The position numbers and the translations under genes are program-made. From contig NIVC01003211.1 of NCBI GenBank assembly GCA_002269645.1, positions 1-64,000 of the forward strand: DNA of 64,000 nucleotides, written 5' to 3'. The stretch is from Macrostomum lignano. Lineage: Eukaryota. Under the pieces are notes generated by a model. That model ran no database searches, had not been told where the DNA came from, and was given only the letters and a program-made list of their open reading frames with translations. Of the stretch, positions 11,830 to 24,689 are shown piece after piece. Within the stretch, counting starts at the first letter, position 1. Each line of letters opens with the position of its first letter.

Positions 11830-12532
11830 TGGGATCTGGGAGGCTGGCCCAGCAACTGAGGATCTGGGAGGCTGTGGCCCAGCAACTGAGGATCTGGGAG
11901 GCTGGCCCAGCAACTGAGGATCTGGGAGGCTGCTGGCCCAGCAACTGAGGATCTGGGAGGCTGGCCCAGCAACTGAGGATCTGGGAGGCTGGCCCAGCAA
12001 CTGAGGATCTGGGAGGCTGGCCCAGCAACTGAGGATCTGGGAGGCTGGCCCAGCAACTGAGGATCTGAAAGGGCGGCACAGCAACTGAGGATCTGGGAGG
12101 CTGGCCCAGCAACTGAGGATCTGGGAGGCTGTGGCCCAGCAACTGAGGATCTGGGAGGCTGGCCCAGCAACTGAGGATCTGGGAGGCTGCTGGCCCAGCA
12201 ACTGAGGATCTGGGAGGCTGTGGCCCAGCAACTGAGGATCTGGGAGGCTGTGGCCCAGCAACTGAGGATCTGGGAGGCTGGCCCAGCAACTGAGGATCTG
12301 GGAGGCTGGCCCAGCAACTGAGGATCTGGGAGGCTGCTGGCCCAGCAACTGAGGATCTGGGAGGCTGGCCCAGCAACTGAGGATCTGGGAGGCTGGCCCA
12401 GCAACTGAGGATCTGGGAGGCTGGCCCAGCAACTGAGGATCTGGGAGGCTGGCCCAGCAACTGAGGATCTGGGAGGCTGGCCCAGCAACTGAGGATCTGG
12501 GAGGCTGGCCCAGCAACTGAGGATCTGGGAGA
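11830..12532. repeat. 28-bp (variants 30-31) minisatellite TGGGAGGCTGGCCCAGCAACTGAGGATC downstream of the NR2C stop codon
   Basis: About 24 visible units. The same unit recurs at 41648-41932. Confidence 0.97.
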
Positions 12533-12664
12533 TCGGCTAATTAATTCGCAAAAAATTGTATAGAAAAGCACAAAAAACACTGAAAGTACATGTAAAAATC
12601 GGCCCAACCCTAGCAGTTGATCCGCAATCGAGGAGGGCAAGCAGGGGAGCCGCGAGCTCAGGTG

Positions 12665-15600
12665 TCAGTCAGTTGCCATGCCGGTTGTGCAACCCCCAGC
12701 GGCAGCACCTGCGGCGGCAGCGGCTCCCCGCCCGCATGCGGCTGAAGGCGGAGCTGGGGCTGCTGCGGCAGTCGGTGGCCGGCAGGTGGCCAGGATGTGC
12801 GGCACGAGGGCCTCCATGGAGACGGAGCCAATTTGCTCTGGTAGGGGAAGGGGGTGGGCGAAGGCAGCATTCATTATTATTATTATTGGAGTATTTGCTT
12901 CACTTGCTACTAGAAGTGCTATTGTTAGACCAGAAGAGGTTAATTTCCTAAATTCCAAATCTCAGTTTGCAAATCCCAAATCTCAGTTTCCCAATCCCAA
13001 ATCTCAGTTTCCAAATCCCAAATCTCAGTTTCCAAATCCCAAATCTCAGTTTCCAAATCCCAAATCACATTTTCCAAATCCAAAATCTCAGTTTCCCAAT
13101 TCCAAATCTCAGTTTCCAAATCCCAAATCCCAGATTTCAAATTCCAGATCCCCAATGCGATCCCGGTTCCCAGCGGATTCACCAGTAAAGAAGATCTCCT
13201 TGATGACGGCCTTGTCGAGGGTCCGCACCGAGTTGGCGTGCAGCAGCAGCCGGGCGAGCCGGCGCTGGCCGGCCTCAGGCGAGCCCAGGCTGTCGGCCAG
13301 GTGGTCGGACAGCTCGGACAGAGTGGCGGCCTGCAGATCGGCCACGATTGAAGCTTCGGGCTCGTCTTGTACGCAGATCGCTGCGGTGGAATGAGGTGGT
13401 TGGTGGCGATTCTCAGGGTGGTTGGTGGCGATTCTCAGGGTGGTTGGGGGCGATTCTCAGGGTGGTTGGGGGCGATTCTCAGGGTGGTTGGGGGCGATTC
13501 TCAGGGTGGTTGGGGGCGATTCTCAGGGTGGTTGGGGGCGATTCTCAGGGTGGTTGGGGGCGATTCTCAGGGTGGTTGGGGGCGATTCTCAGGGTGGTTG
13601 GGGGCGATTCTCAGGGTGGTTGGGGGCGATTCTCAGGGTGGTTGGGGGCGATTCTCAGGGTGGTTGGGGGCGATTCTCAGAGAGGTTGGGGGCGATTCTC
13701 AGGGTGGTAGGGGCGATTCTCGGGGTGGTTGGGGGCGATTCTCGGGGTGGTTGGGGCGATTCTCGGGGTGGTTGGGGCGATTGTCATGGTGGTTGGGGGC
13801 GATTCTCATGGTGGTTGGGGGCGATTCTCGGGGTGGTTGGGGCGATTGTCAGGGTGGTTGGGGGCGATTCAGGGTGGTTAGGGCCGGGGGCGATTCTCAG
13901 AGAGGTTGGGGGCGATTCTCAGGGTGGTTGGGGGGCGATTATCAGGGATGTTGGGGGCGATTCTCAGGGTGGTTGGGGGGCGATTCTCAGGGAGGTTGGG
14001 GGGCGATTCTCAGGGTGGTTGGGGGCGATTCTCAGGGTGGTTGGGGGGCGATTCTCAGGGAGGTTGGGGGGCGATTCTCAGGGTGGTTGGGGGGCGATTC
14101 TCAGGGAGGTTGGGGGGCGATTCTCAGGGTGGTTGGGGGCGATTGTCAGGGAGGTTGGGGGTGATTCTCAGGGTGGTTGGGGCGATTCTCGGGGTGGTTG
14201 GGGCGATTGTCAGGGTGGTTGGGGGCGATTCTCAGGGTGGTTGGGGGCGATTCTCGGGGTGGTTGGGGCGATTGTCAGGGTGGTTGGGGGCGATTCTCAG
14301 GGTGGTTAGGGCCGGGGGCGATTCTCAGAGAGTTGGGGGCGATTCTCAGGGTGGTTGGGGGGCGATTATCAGGGATGTTGGGGGCGATTCTCAGGGTGGT
14401 TGGGGGGCGATTCTCAGGGAGGTTGGGGGGCGATTCTCAGGGTGGTTGGGGGCGATTGTCAGGGAGGTTGGGGGTGATTCTCAGGGTGGTTGGGTCAGAC
14501 ACCCACCTGGCTCGAACATTGTCAGCAGTCGCAGGTACGCGAACTCCACGCCGGTCACCTGAGAGTCGGTGAACATGCCGACAATCTTCCTGAGTTTCGC
14601 CAGCTCAGTCAGCAGCTTGCCGACGTCCGGGCACTGGGAGTCGCCGGCTGTGGGTTTCAGTTCAGATATGCGCCATCATTTTCTGGCCGAGCTGCCATGA
14701 GTATAGCTGATTTTGAGGGTGATTCTCGTGAGTCTAAGGGTCCTGAATAGTTGTTAATGATCCTAAATGATTGTTAATGGTCCTGAATGGTTGTTAATGG
14801 TCCTAAATGATTGTTAATGGTCCTGAATGGTTGTTAATGGTCCTGAATGGTTTTTAATGGTCCTGAACGGTTGTTAATGGTCCTGAATGGTTGTTAATGG
14901 TCCTGAACGGTTGTTAATGGTCCTAAATGATTGTTATTGATCCTGAATGGTTGTTAATGGTCCTAAATGATTGTTAATGGTCCTGAATGGTTGTTAATAA
15001 TCCTGAACGGTTGTTAATGGTCCTAAATGATTGTTAATGGTCCTGAATGGTTGTTAATGGTCCTAAATGATTGTTAATGGTCCTGAATGGTTGTTAATAA
15101 TCCTGAACGGTTGTTAATGGTCCTAAATGATTGTTAATGGTCCTGAATGGTTGTTAATGGTCCTAAATGATTGTTAATGGTCCTGAATGGTTGTTAATGG
15201 TCCTGAATGGTTTTTAATGGTCCTGAACGGTTGTTAATGGTCCTGAATGGTTGTTAATGGTCCTGAACGGTTGTTAATGGTCCTGAATGGTTGTTAATGA
15301 TCCTGAATGGTTGTTAATGGTCCTAAATGATTGTTAATGGTCCTGAATGGTTGTTAATAATCCTGAATGGTTTTTAATGGTCCTGAACGGTTGTTAATGG
15401 TCCTGAATGGTTGTTAATGATCCTGAATGGTTGTTAATGGTCCTAAATGATTGTTAATGGTCCTGAATGGTTGTTAATAATCCTGAATGGTTTTTAATGG
15501 TCCTGAACGGTTGTTAATGGTCCTGAATGGTTGTTAATGGTCCTGAACGGTTGTTAATGGTCCTGAATGGTTGTTAATGATCCTGAATGGTTGTTAATGG

Positions 15601-17588
15601 TCCTGAATGGTTGTTAATGGTCCTGAATGGTTGTTAATGGTCCTGAATGGTTGTTAATAATCCTGAATGGTTGTTAATGGTCCTGAATGGTTTTTAATGG
15701 TCCTGCATGACTATTAATGGTCCTGGATGTTTTTTTATCCCGAAAAACAATTCTGTAGAGATTCCAACATCCCGCCGCTCTCGAGGCCTCACCAGTAGCC
15801 TTGGACAGCAGGTGCTCCGACAGTGCGGAGTGCAGCAGCTGCATGGGCACCCGCCCGGAGCTCTGGCAGAGGCACAGGGCGAACAGGTCGCACCAGCAGT
15901 GCGGCAGCAGGCGGTCGGTGGGCGGCAGGTCCAGGTCCCGGGCCCAGCGGATCATGCGGAACAGCACCGAGGCCGCCACGAACTTCACGAAGGCGGCGTC
16001 AACGGCGCCGGCCGAGGCTCCGGTGGCCGACGACGGCGGTGGCGGGCCCGCGAAAAACGGCGGCAAGTCGAACTCGGTGAATTCCGGTTCGAGAATTCGC
16101 TGCCGACGGCGGGGCGGAGGCGGCGGAGGCGGCGGCGGCGGCGGCTCCAGGGGACTCGGAGGCCACTCGACGGCATCGTCGAGCTCATCGGACGGCTCGG
16201 CGTCGTCTTCTTTGACTCCAATGGTGAGGCCAGCCGTCGAGGTCGAAGACGTGGACGACAGGGTCCGGCGCTCGTTCTGCACGGCCTCCGAGCGCATGCC
16301 GACGCCGATGCACTTGCGCAGGCGGCAGAACTGACAGCGGTTGCGGAAGGTCTTGTTTACCAGGCACTGCCGGCCGCTGCGGCAGCTGTAGTTCACCCGG
16401 CGCCGGATCGACCGCTTGAAGAAGCCTTTGCAGCCCTCGCAGCTCACCACGCCGTAGTGCCGGCCGGAGGCGCGGTCGCCGCACACCCGGCAGGCTTCGT
16501 ACGACTGCGGCTGCTGTTGTTGCTGCTGCTGGAAGCAATTTGTGCATCGACTATTTTTAGAATAGACTGCCTACTTGCGAGTAGTGAGAAAGCGAATAGT
16601 ATCTAGTAGCTTTCCTAGTAGGAAATTAGGAGTTTCCAGTCCAGGCAGCCTCCGTGGTCCACGGCTGGTCTCTTTTATTTGGGTTTTATTTACCCCTTCC
16701 TTATCGCTTGCCCATTCTTCATCAGATTTGCTTTCAATCGGGGTTCAGACGCGACCGACCCCTATTCTGACTTGATAAGACAATATCGGCTGAAGGTCGT
16801 TGGTTTGCATGTTTATCTGCGCGACTCTGACATCGTGGCAAAAATGGGAAGAAATTTCCTGGGAACTGGGGCTCGAAAGGAGGGGGGGCTGAAAATGGGA
16901 CCGTGTCAATGGTCTTTGTTTGCGGACCCAACCAGTGCACCGAACTCAGCGATAAGAAATGGTTACCAAATTAGGAAATTGAACCCTGACTAACATTATA
17001 TTATTACTACTATTCTACTATACTATTATATTCTTACTTATTTTCTGATAAAAAACTGAATCTGACTTGGACTTCATTTAGGATGATTCTCAATGAGAGT
17101 TGGAGGCGATTCTCAATGAGAGTCGAGGGTGATTATCAATGGGACTTGGAGGCGATTCTCAATGAGACTTGGAGGTGATTCTCAATAAGACTTGGAGGCG
17201 ATTCTCAATGAGACTTGGAGGCGATTCTCAATGAGACTTGGAGGCGATTCTTAATGAGAGTCGAGGGTGATTCTCAATGAGAGTTGGAGGCGATTCTCAA
17301 TGGGACTTGGAGGCGATTCTCAGTGAGAGTCGAGGGCGATTCTCAATGAGAGTCGAGGGCGATTCTCACCTGAATCGCGCTGTCGCCGCTCCTGCTCCCA
17401 TTCGGAGTTCCGTCAAGTTCTGGCGGCTCCACCGCCGCTGCTCGGTGCTGCTGGCGGACATTCGCGCTGGGGCTCCCCGCGGAGACCGACGGCAGAGGGT
17501 CGCAGCACTCGCCAGCGGACTTTTTCGCCTGGGCCGCCAGGAGAGAGTGAAGACTGGCCAGGTGCGGCGGCAAACCTCTGAGACCCAT
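12665..17588 (-). CDS. NR2C: Orphan nuclear receptor of the NR2C (TR2/TR4/Hr78) group; join(17588..17370, 16528..15793, 14647..14507, 13380..13183, 12837..12665), ~488 aa
   Basis: The C4 zinc-finger DBD reads [56 protein letters not shown] motifs are [28 protein letters not shown] and [14 protein letters not shown], as in TR2/TR4. All junctions are GT-AG with consistent phases (0,1,1,1), and the total of 1467 nt is in frame. An upstream exon may exist. Confidence 0.92.
12946..13150. repeat. 21-bp minisatellite (TTTCCAAATCCCAAATCTCAG), last NR2C intron
   Basis: About 9 visible units. Confidence 0.95.
13400..14494. repeat. 21-23-bp G-rich minisatellite (GGGGCGATTCTCAGGGTGGTTG), ~50 copies, NR2C intron
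   Basis: Visible. It explains the GGDSQGGW ORFs. Confidence 0.97.
14740..15725. repeat. 20-bp minisatellite (TTGTTAATGGTCCTGAATGG), ~49 copies, NR2C intron
   Basis: Visible tandem units. Confidence 0.97.
17082..17369. repeat. 23-bp minisatellite (GGCGATTCTCAATGAGACTTGGA) abutting the NR2C exon-1 donor
   Basis: About 12 units. On the minus strand the intron begins GTGAGAATCGCC, which is the repeat core. Confidence 0.95.
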
Positions 17589-17639
17589 CTGCGGTTGGGG
17601 TGGCGGCGGGTGACGAGAATTTATTTTAACTCTTGAAAC

Positions 17640-17990
17640 CCTTTAGGATTTAAAATGGCACCTTTTAAGATTCAAAATGGCACCCTTTAAGATTCAAAAT
17701 GGCAACGTTTAGGATGCATAATGGCACCTTTTAGGATTAAAAATGGCACCTTTTAGGATTCAAAATGGCACCTTTTAAGATTCAAAATGGCACCTTTTAA
17801 GATTCAAAATGGCACCTTTTAAGATTCAAAATGGCAACGTTTAGGATGCAAAATGGCACCTGGAGGATTCAAAATGGTACTTTCTAGGATAAAAACTCAC
17901 ATTTAGTTTTTAAAAATGGCACTTTCAAACTTCAAAATGACATTATTCGGGGTACAAATTGACATTTAGGATATCAATTTAGGATGCAGA
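17640..17990. repeat. 22-bp minisatellite (GGCACCTTTTAAGATTCAAAAT)
   Basis: Visible units that degenerate to the right. Confidence 0.92.
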
Positions 17991-18464
17991 CTGACTCAGC
18001 AGCCAAGGCACCGCGCACTTTCTGCACTTACACACTAAGCCGCTGCAGTGTGGGAGCACTTTACTGTGCAAGTCTGGCCGCAAACAGCAATTAATATCCC
18101 TGACGATGTGCCAAGCGACCGGCTGCGCTGCTAATATTTCCACTGTATGCGCCAGCGGTTATTTAAGTCTGTCTGGCCCCGGGGCGGATGTAGCCTGCAT
18201 TTTTGCATCCCCCATGCCCCAGCCGCCGCAGGGCTAACTCTTCCCAACTTAAAAACTGCGGAACCCAGACGGGTCATAAATCATTGTGCAGCTGTGCGGC
18301 CGGCCAGGGGTCAAGGCGTGCCCCAGTGACGCGATCGGCCCAGGCTCTGCTCTAATTAGAATTTATGGGGAGCCGGGAACCCATCGAATCTTTACCGCTG
18401 CGGAGTGCCTCGGCTGCTGCCCGACAGTTCGTGGCTTCTCCAGCGTGAGACCGGCAATTTTCTC

Positions 18465-19705
18465 AGGGGCGATTCTCAGAGAGCGATTCCCAGAGAGCGA
18501 TTCTCAGAGAGCGATTCTCTGAAAGCGACTCTCAGAGAGCGATTCTTGGAGAGCGATTCTCTGAAAGCGACTCTCAGAGAGCGATTCCCAGAGAGCGATT
18601 CTTAGAGAGCGATTCTCAGAAAGCGACTCTCGAAGAGCGATTCCCAGAGAGCGATTCTCAGAGAGCGATTCTCTGAAAGCGACTCTCAGAGAGCGATTCT
18701 CAGAGAGCGATTCTTGAAGAGCGATTCTCTGAAAGCGACTCTCAGAGAGCGATTCTTAGAGAGCGATTCTCAGAGAGCGATTCTCAGAGAGCGATTCTCA
18801 GAGAGCAATTCTCAGAGAGCGATTCTCAGAGAGCGATTCTCAGAGAGCGATTCTCAGAGAGCGATTCTCAGAGAGCAATTCTCAGAAAGCGACTCTCGAA
18901 GAGCGAATTCTAGAGAGCGAATCCCAGAGAGCGATTCTCAAAAAGCGACTCTTAGAAAGCGATTCTCAAAGAGCGATTCTTAGAGAGCGATTCTCAAAGA
19001 GCGATTCCCAGAGAGCGATTCTTAGAGAGCGATTCCCAGAGAGCGATTCTTAGAGAGCGATTCTTAGAGAGCGATTCTCAGAAAGCAACTCTCGAAGAGC
19101 GATTCCCAAAAAGCGATTCTCAGAGAGCGATTCTCTGAAAGCGACTCTCAGAGAGCGATTCTCAAAGAGCGATTCTTAGAGAGCGATTCTCAGAAAGCGA
19201 TTCTCAAAGAGCGATTCTTAGAGAGCGATTCTCAGAAAGCGATTCTCAAAGAGCGATTCTTAGAGAGCGATTCTCAAAGAGCGATTCCCAGAGAGCGATT
19301 CTTAGAGAGCGATTCCCAGAGAGCGATTCTTAGAGAGCGATTCTTAGAGAGCGATTCTCAGAAAGCGATTCTCAAAGAGCGATTCTTAGAGAGCGATTCT
19401 CAGAGAGCGATTCTCTGAAAGCGACTCTCAGAGAGCGATTCTCAGAGAGCGATTCTTAGAGAGCGATTCTCAGAAAGCGACTCTCGAAGAGCGATTCCCA
19501 GAGAGCGATTCTTAGAGATCGATTCTCTGAAAGCGACTCTCAGAGAGCGATTCTCAGAGAACGATTCTTAGAGAGCGGTTCTCAGAGAGCGACTCCCAGA
19601 AAGCGCTTCTCAGAAACTGGTCATCAGAAAGCGATTCTCAGAAACTGATCATCAGAAAGCGATTCTCAGAAACTGATCATCAGAAAGCGATTCTCAGAAA
19701 CTGAT
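18465..19705. repeat. 14-bp minisatellite (GAGCGATTCTCAGA) with higher-order variants, ~85 units
   Basis: Visible. It shares the GCGATTCTCA core with the NR2C intron arrays. Confidence 0.96.
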
Positions 19706-20269
19706 TTTACGATGGCACTCCGCGCCGACTCGCAGAGGCGCCAGGCAAAGCGAGGCGGAAGGTGTGAAGTGAACTGCGAACTGCAGACACAGGGAGCTGA
19801 GCACCTCAACTGCAACAACGAAGCTGCTCTTTCATCGCGCTCAGCAAAGCGGCAGTCACGCGCTGTGACGGCGGATCAGAATCACTGACAGAGAAGATTG
19901 GTGAATATCTTCTCGCAGCACCGACTGTTGACAATGCCAGGTACCAGCTCCACTCTCCCTTCTGATTCTAACAGTTCTATTTTCATTGCCAGTTTCTGCA
20001 ACAAAACAATTCTACAGTATTGTCACCTGGATCGGGGATTATTGTCCCAATTTGGGGACTGGGACTCAACGGATGACTACACTGCCTTTTTGCACTGCAT
20101 TTTTCCGAGCAATTGATGGGATGAAAAATCAATTTAAAGACTAATTCTCCTAATTTTTTATTTCTCCAATGGTTCGAACAATTTGAAGTTATTAATAAAA
20201 CAAATTCAAATAGGTTTTAAATTATTTTGATTTCTAATAATTTCAAATCAGTCATTCTGGGCATGATCC

Positions 20270-20355
20270 GTCTGTCTGCCTGTCTGTCTGCCTGCATGTC
20301 TGTCTGCCTGCCTGCCTGTCTGTCTACCTGCCTGTCTGTCTGCCTGCCTGTCTGT

Positions 20356-20438
<83 letters not shown>

Positions 20439-20676
20439 CCTGCCTGCCTGCCTGCCTGTCTGCCTGTCTGCCTGTCTGTCTGTCTGTCTGCCTGTCTATC
20501 TGTCTGTCTGTCTGTCTGCCTATCTGTCTGCCTGCCTGTCTGTCTGTCTGTCTGTCTTAGTGTCTGTCTGCCTGCCTGCCTCTCTGTCTGCCTGCCTGCC
20601 TGTCTGCCTGCCTGTCTGTCTGCCTGCCTGTCTGTCTATCTGTCTGTCTGTCTGTCTGCCTATCTGTCTGCCTGCC

Positions 20677-20707
<31 letters not shown>

Positions 20708-20939
20708 GTCTGTCTGTCTCAGTGTCTGTCTGCCTGCCTGCCTGCCTGTCTGTCTGCCTGCCTGCCTGTCTGCCTGCCTGTCTGTCTGCCTGCCTGTCTG
20801 TCTGTCTGCCTGTCTGTCTGCCTGCCTGTCTGTCTGCCTGCCTGCCTGTCTGTCTGTCTGTCTGTCTGTCTGTCTGCCTGTCTGTCTGCCTGTCTGTCTG
20901 TCTGTCTGCCTGTCTGTCTGTCTGCCTGCCTCTCTGTCC

Positions 20940-20972
<33 letters not shown>

Positions 20973-21015
20973 GGCTGTCTGTCTGTCTGTCTGTCTGCCT
21001 GTCTGTCTGCCTGCC

Positions 21016-21052
<37 letters not shown>

Positions 21053-21066
21053 GCCTGCCTGTCTGC

Positions 21067-21100
<34 letters not shown>

Positions 21101-21106
21101 GTCTGC

Positions 21107-21140
<34 letters not shown>

Positions 21141-21160
21141 GTCTGTCTGTCGGTCTGTCT
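20270..21160. repeat. Mixed (TGTC)/(TGCC)n microsatellite
   Basis: Visible. It explains ORFs 20227..21198 and 20706..21206. Confidence 0.97.
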
Positions 21161-21759
21161 GGTGTCAGAGTCGCCAAACAAGCCCTCCCCGCCCCTAAGC
21201 ACTTAGCCACTCCAGTGATTCAGTGCACCTCAGTTGTGGGTCATCTGTACCCCCCATCCCCTACCTATTTGTGCCGGCCAGCTATCTGCGTTTTATTTTT
21301 ACGAGAAAAGGTCGCCTGCACGAAAGCAAACAGATAGATAGAGGCCGGCGCAGCGGAAATATCACCAGGGATTTCTTCAGCAATGGCAAGCACTTCTGTC
21401 AAGAGTTGTCTTTCGGCCCTTCAACCCAGCAGATCTGCGGCCACTCTGTTGAAAACCAAAAAAACAAAAACAACAGTCTTTTAAGGGTTCTCGGACCTCG
21501 CGCTTACTATAGTGGCTGTGCCGGTGGGCCAGAGCACGGATGCTGCTGCACTGGGCGGTACTGAAGCATTTCCCTAATACAAGTCCAACTGCCCTGTGTC
21601 GCATGCAGCACTTCTCTGGCCTCCCGCAATAACTGCTTCTATGATATTTGTTCCAACTGTCATACTGGTTCTCCTGCCCTGCCTGTCCGACCCCTCGTGG
21701 CCGGGACTGACGGGCTTAGCCGCTGGGTCTGATTTACCGCTGCAGTGTCAGTGTCTTTG

Positions 21760-22410
21760 AGATTCCCTCTGCTCCAGAGAATTATCCAATTGAAATTCCC
21801 AATTGCTCAGAAAAGATCCCAGCTTTAAAACTGCTAGCTTATGAGAATCATGCTTTGAAATTCCCTTTGGTACAGAAATTTCCCAACTTTGAGATTCTTC
21901 CTTACCCCAGAGAATTCCCTAACTTTGAGATTCCCCTTACCCCAGAGAATTCTCCAACTTTGAGATTCCCCTTACTCTAGAAAATTCCCTTACTTTGAGA
22001 TTCCCCTTATCACAGAGAATTCCTTTACTTTGAGATTCCCCTTATCACAGAGAATTCCTTTACTTTGAGATTCCCCTTATCACAGAGAATTCCCTTACTT
22101 TGAGATTCCCCTTACCCCAGAGAATTCCCTTACTTTGAGATTTCCCTTACCCCAGAGAATTCCCTAACTTTGAGATTTCCCTTACCCCAGAGAATTCCCT
22201 AACTTTGAGATTTCCCTTACCCCAGAGAATTCCCTAACTTTGAGATTTCCCTTACTCCAGAGAATTCTCCAACTTTGAGATTCCCCTTACCCCAGGGAAT
22301 GCTCCAGAGAATTCTCCAACTTTGATATTCCCCTTACCCCAGGGAATGCTCCAGAGAATTCTCCAACTTTGATATTCCCCTTACCCCTAGGGAATGCTCC
22401 AGAGAATCTC
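21760..22410. repeat. 35-bp minisatellite (CTTTGAGATTCCCCTTACCCCAGAGAATTCCCTAA)
   Basis: About 15 visible units plus degenerate flanks. Confidence 0.95.
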
Positions 22411-23009
22411 AGAGCCGTGAGTCAGCGAGTCTCTATACTAAAAGGCAGTCACTACCCATTGTTAGAGTTAGAAAATATGCTGTTTACAAAACTTAACTAT
22501 ACTCGTACAACTATATGCGCAAGGCAAGGTCAAAATGCGCAAGAGTGTGCAGGGGTTACCCAGCGAGAGCTTAACAGACCCGTTGCAATACATAACAATT
22601 CATATTAATACTATTACTAATACTAAACCTAAACTATTAAATAATGTACTTCACTGCATCACAATGTGTTTACGCTAAACTGCGCTACGCTTTGGCCTAT
22701 TTTTAAATTCCTTTATCTTAGACAAGACGAGAATAGGGAGGATAATGATTGGGGATATCTTGACAGGCAGGACAACAAACTTCTCTGAGCACTATTATAA
22801 GCTAGAGCTCATAATTAATAATAAGATAATAAAACAGTATCATCGATTTAAACAAAAAAGCCTGATAGTTAAATGACAAGCTGCGGACTAAGTCTGGACT
22901 GGATCATGGACTGCTAGCCCATGGGTGACAGCTGCATGACACTCAAAAGTACTAGAAGATAGTATCATATAGGAGATTAAAACGGATTAGTTAGGATCAT
23001 TATGTCACA

Positions 23010-24300
23010 CAAATTGATTTATTAGGACCATAATGACACAACAACACACCCATTAGGACCATAATGACACCCTAACAGACTCATTAGGTCTTAGGATCAT
23101 AATGACACCCCAACAGACTCATTAGGTCTTAGGACCATAATGACACCCTAACAGACTTATTGGGACCATAATAACATCCCAACACACTCATTGGGACCAT
23201 AATGACACCCCAACACTCTAACACACCCATTAGGACCATATTGACACCCTAACACACCCATTAGGACCATAAGGACACCCTAACACACTCATTAGGACCA
23301 TAATGACACCCCAACACACTCATTAGGACCATAATGACACCCTAACACACTCCTTATGACCATAATGACACCCCAACACACCCATTAGGACCATAATGAC
23401 ACCCTAACACACTCATTATGACCATAATGACACCCTAACACACCCATTAGGACCATGAGGACACCCTAACACACTCATTAGGACCCTAATGACACCCCAA
23501 CAGACTCATTAGGTCTTAGGACCATAATGACACCCCAACAGACTCATTAGGTCTTAGGACCATTATGACACCCTAACAGACTCATTAGGTCTTAGGATCA
23601 TAATGACACCCCAACAGACTCATTAGGTCTTAGGACCATAATGACACCCTAACAGACTCATTGGGACCATAATGACACCCTAACAGACTCATTAGGTCTT
23701 AGGATCATAATGACACCCCAACAGACTCATTAGGTCTTAGGACCATAATGACACCCTAACAGACTCATTGGGACCATAATGACATCCCAACACACTCATT
23801 GGGACCATAATGACACCCCAACACACTCATTGGGACCATAATGACACCCAACACACTCATTGGGATCATAATGACACTCTAACACACCCATTAGGACCAT
23901 AATGACACCCCAACAGACTCATTAGGACCATAATGACACCCCAACAGACTCATTAGGACCATAATGACACCCCAACAGACTCATTAGGATCATAATGACA
24001 CCCCAACACACTCATTAGGATCATAATGACACCCCAACAGACTCATTAGGATCATAATGACACCCCAACACACTCATTAGGATCATAATGACACCCCAAC
24101 ACACTCATTAGGACCACAATGACACCCCAACAGACTCATTAGGATCATAATGACATCCCAACAGACTCATTAGGATCATAATGACACCCCAACACACTCA
24201 TTAGGACCACAATGACACCCCAACAGACTCATTAGGATAATAATGACACCCCAACAGACTCATTAGGATCATAATGACACCCCAACAGACTCATTAGGAC
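23010..24300. repeat. 31-bp minisatellite (CATTAGGACCATAATGACACCCCAACAGACT) with 38-bp variants
   Basis: About 40 visible units. Confidence 0.96.
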
Positions 24301-24689
24301 CGTATCAGACAAGATTCATTTAAATGACCCCAAGACAAGGGTTTACAGTAGAAAGCCTGCACTCACCAACAAGTGAGGCGAAGATTTCATCAGTTCGGCC
24401 AGGGGGGGCATCAGCAGGCCGGAGCCATGCGGATGTCCAGGTGCAAATGGACGGCCGGCCATCAGCTGAGGCGGCGGCTGCTGCTGCCCGCGACCTCCAT
24501 AGAAGAAACTCCCGCTGTTGTCGCATCCCTCGGTAGTTCTGTGCATTCTATCCGTCTGTCTGTCCAGTGTCCAATATGTTTTAGAACCGTGAGCAGAAAA
24601 CCTTCAGTCAAGATAAGCGAGCGACATTTGCATGTGAATAGTGCGGAGGCCGTACGCTATTATATGTAGCAAACACGTATATGAATGAA

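Noticed and set aside
10749-14562. Many long ORFs ([30 protein letters not shown])
   Set aside because: Stop-free reading of micro- and minisatellites, open in several frames on both strands.
17640-17990. Telomere-like TTTAGG words
   Set aside because: They are part of a 22-bp unit, not a (TTAGGG)n tract.
21220-21760. ORFs 21223..21564 and 21377..21604
   Set aside because: No domain motif, no consistent splice sites, and no frame stands out.
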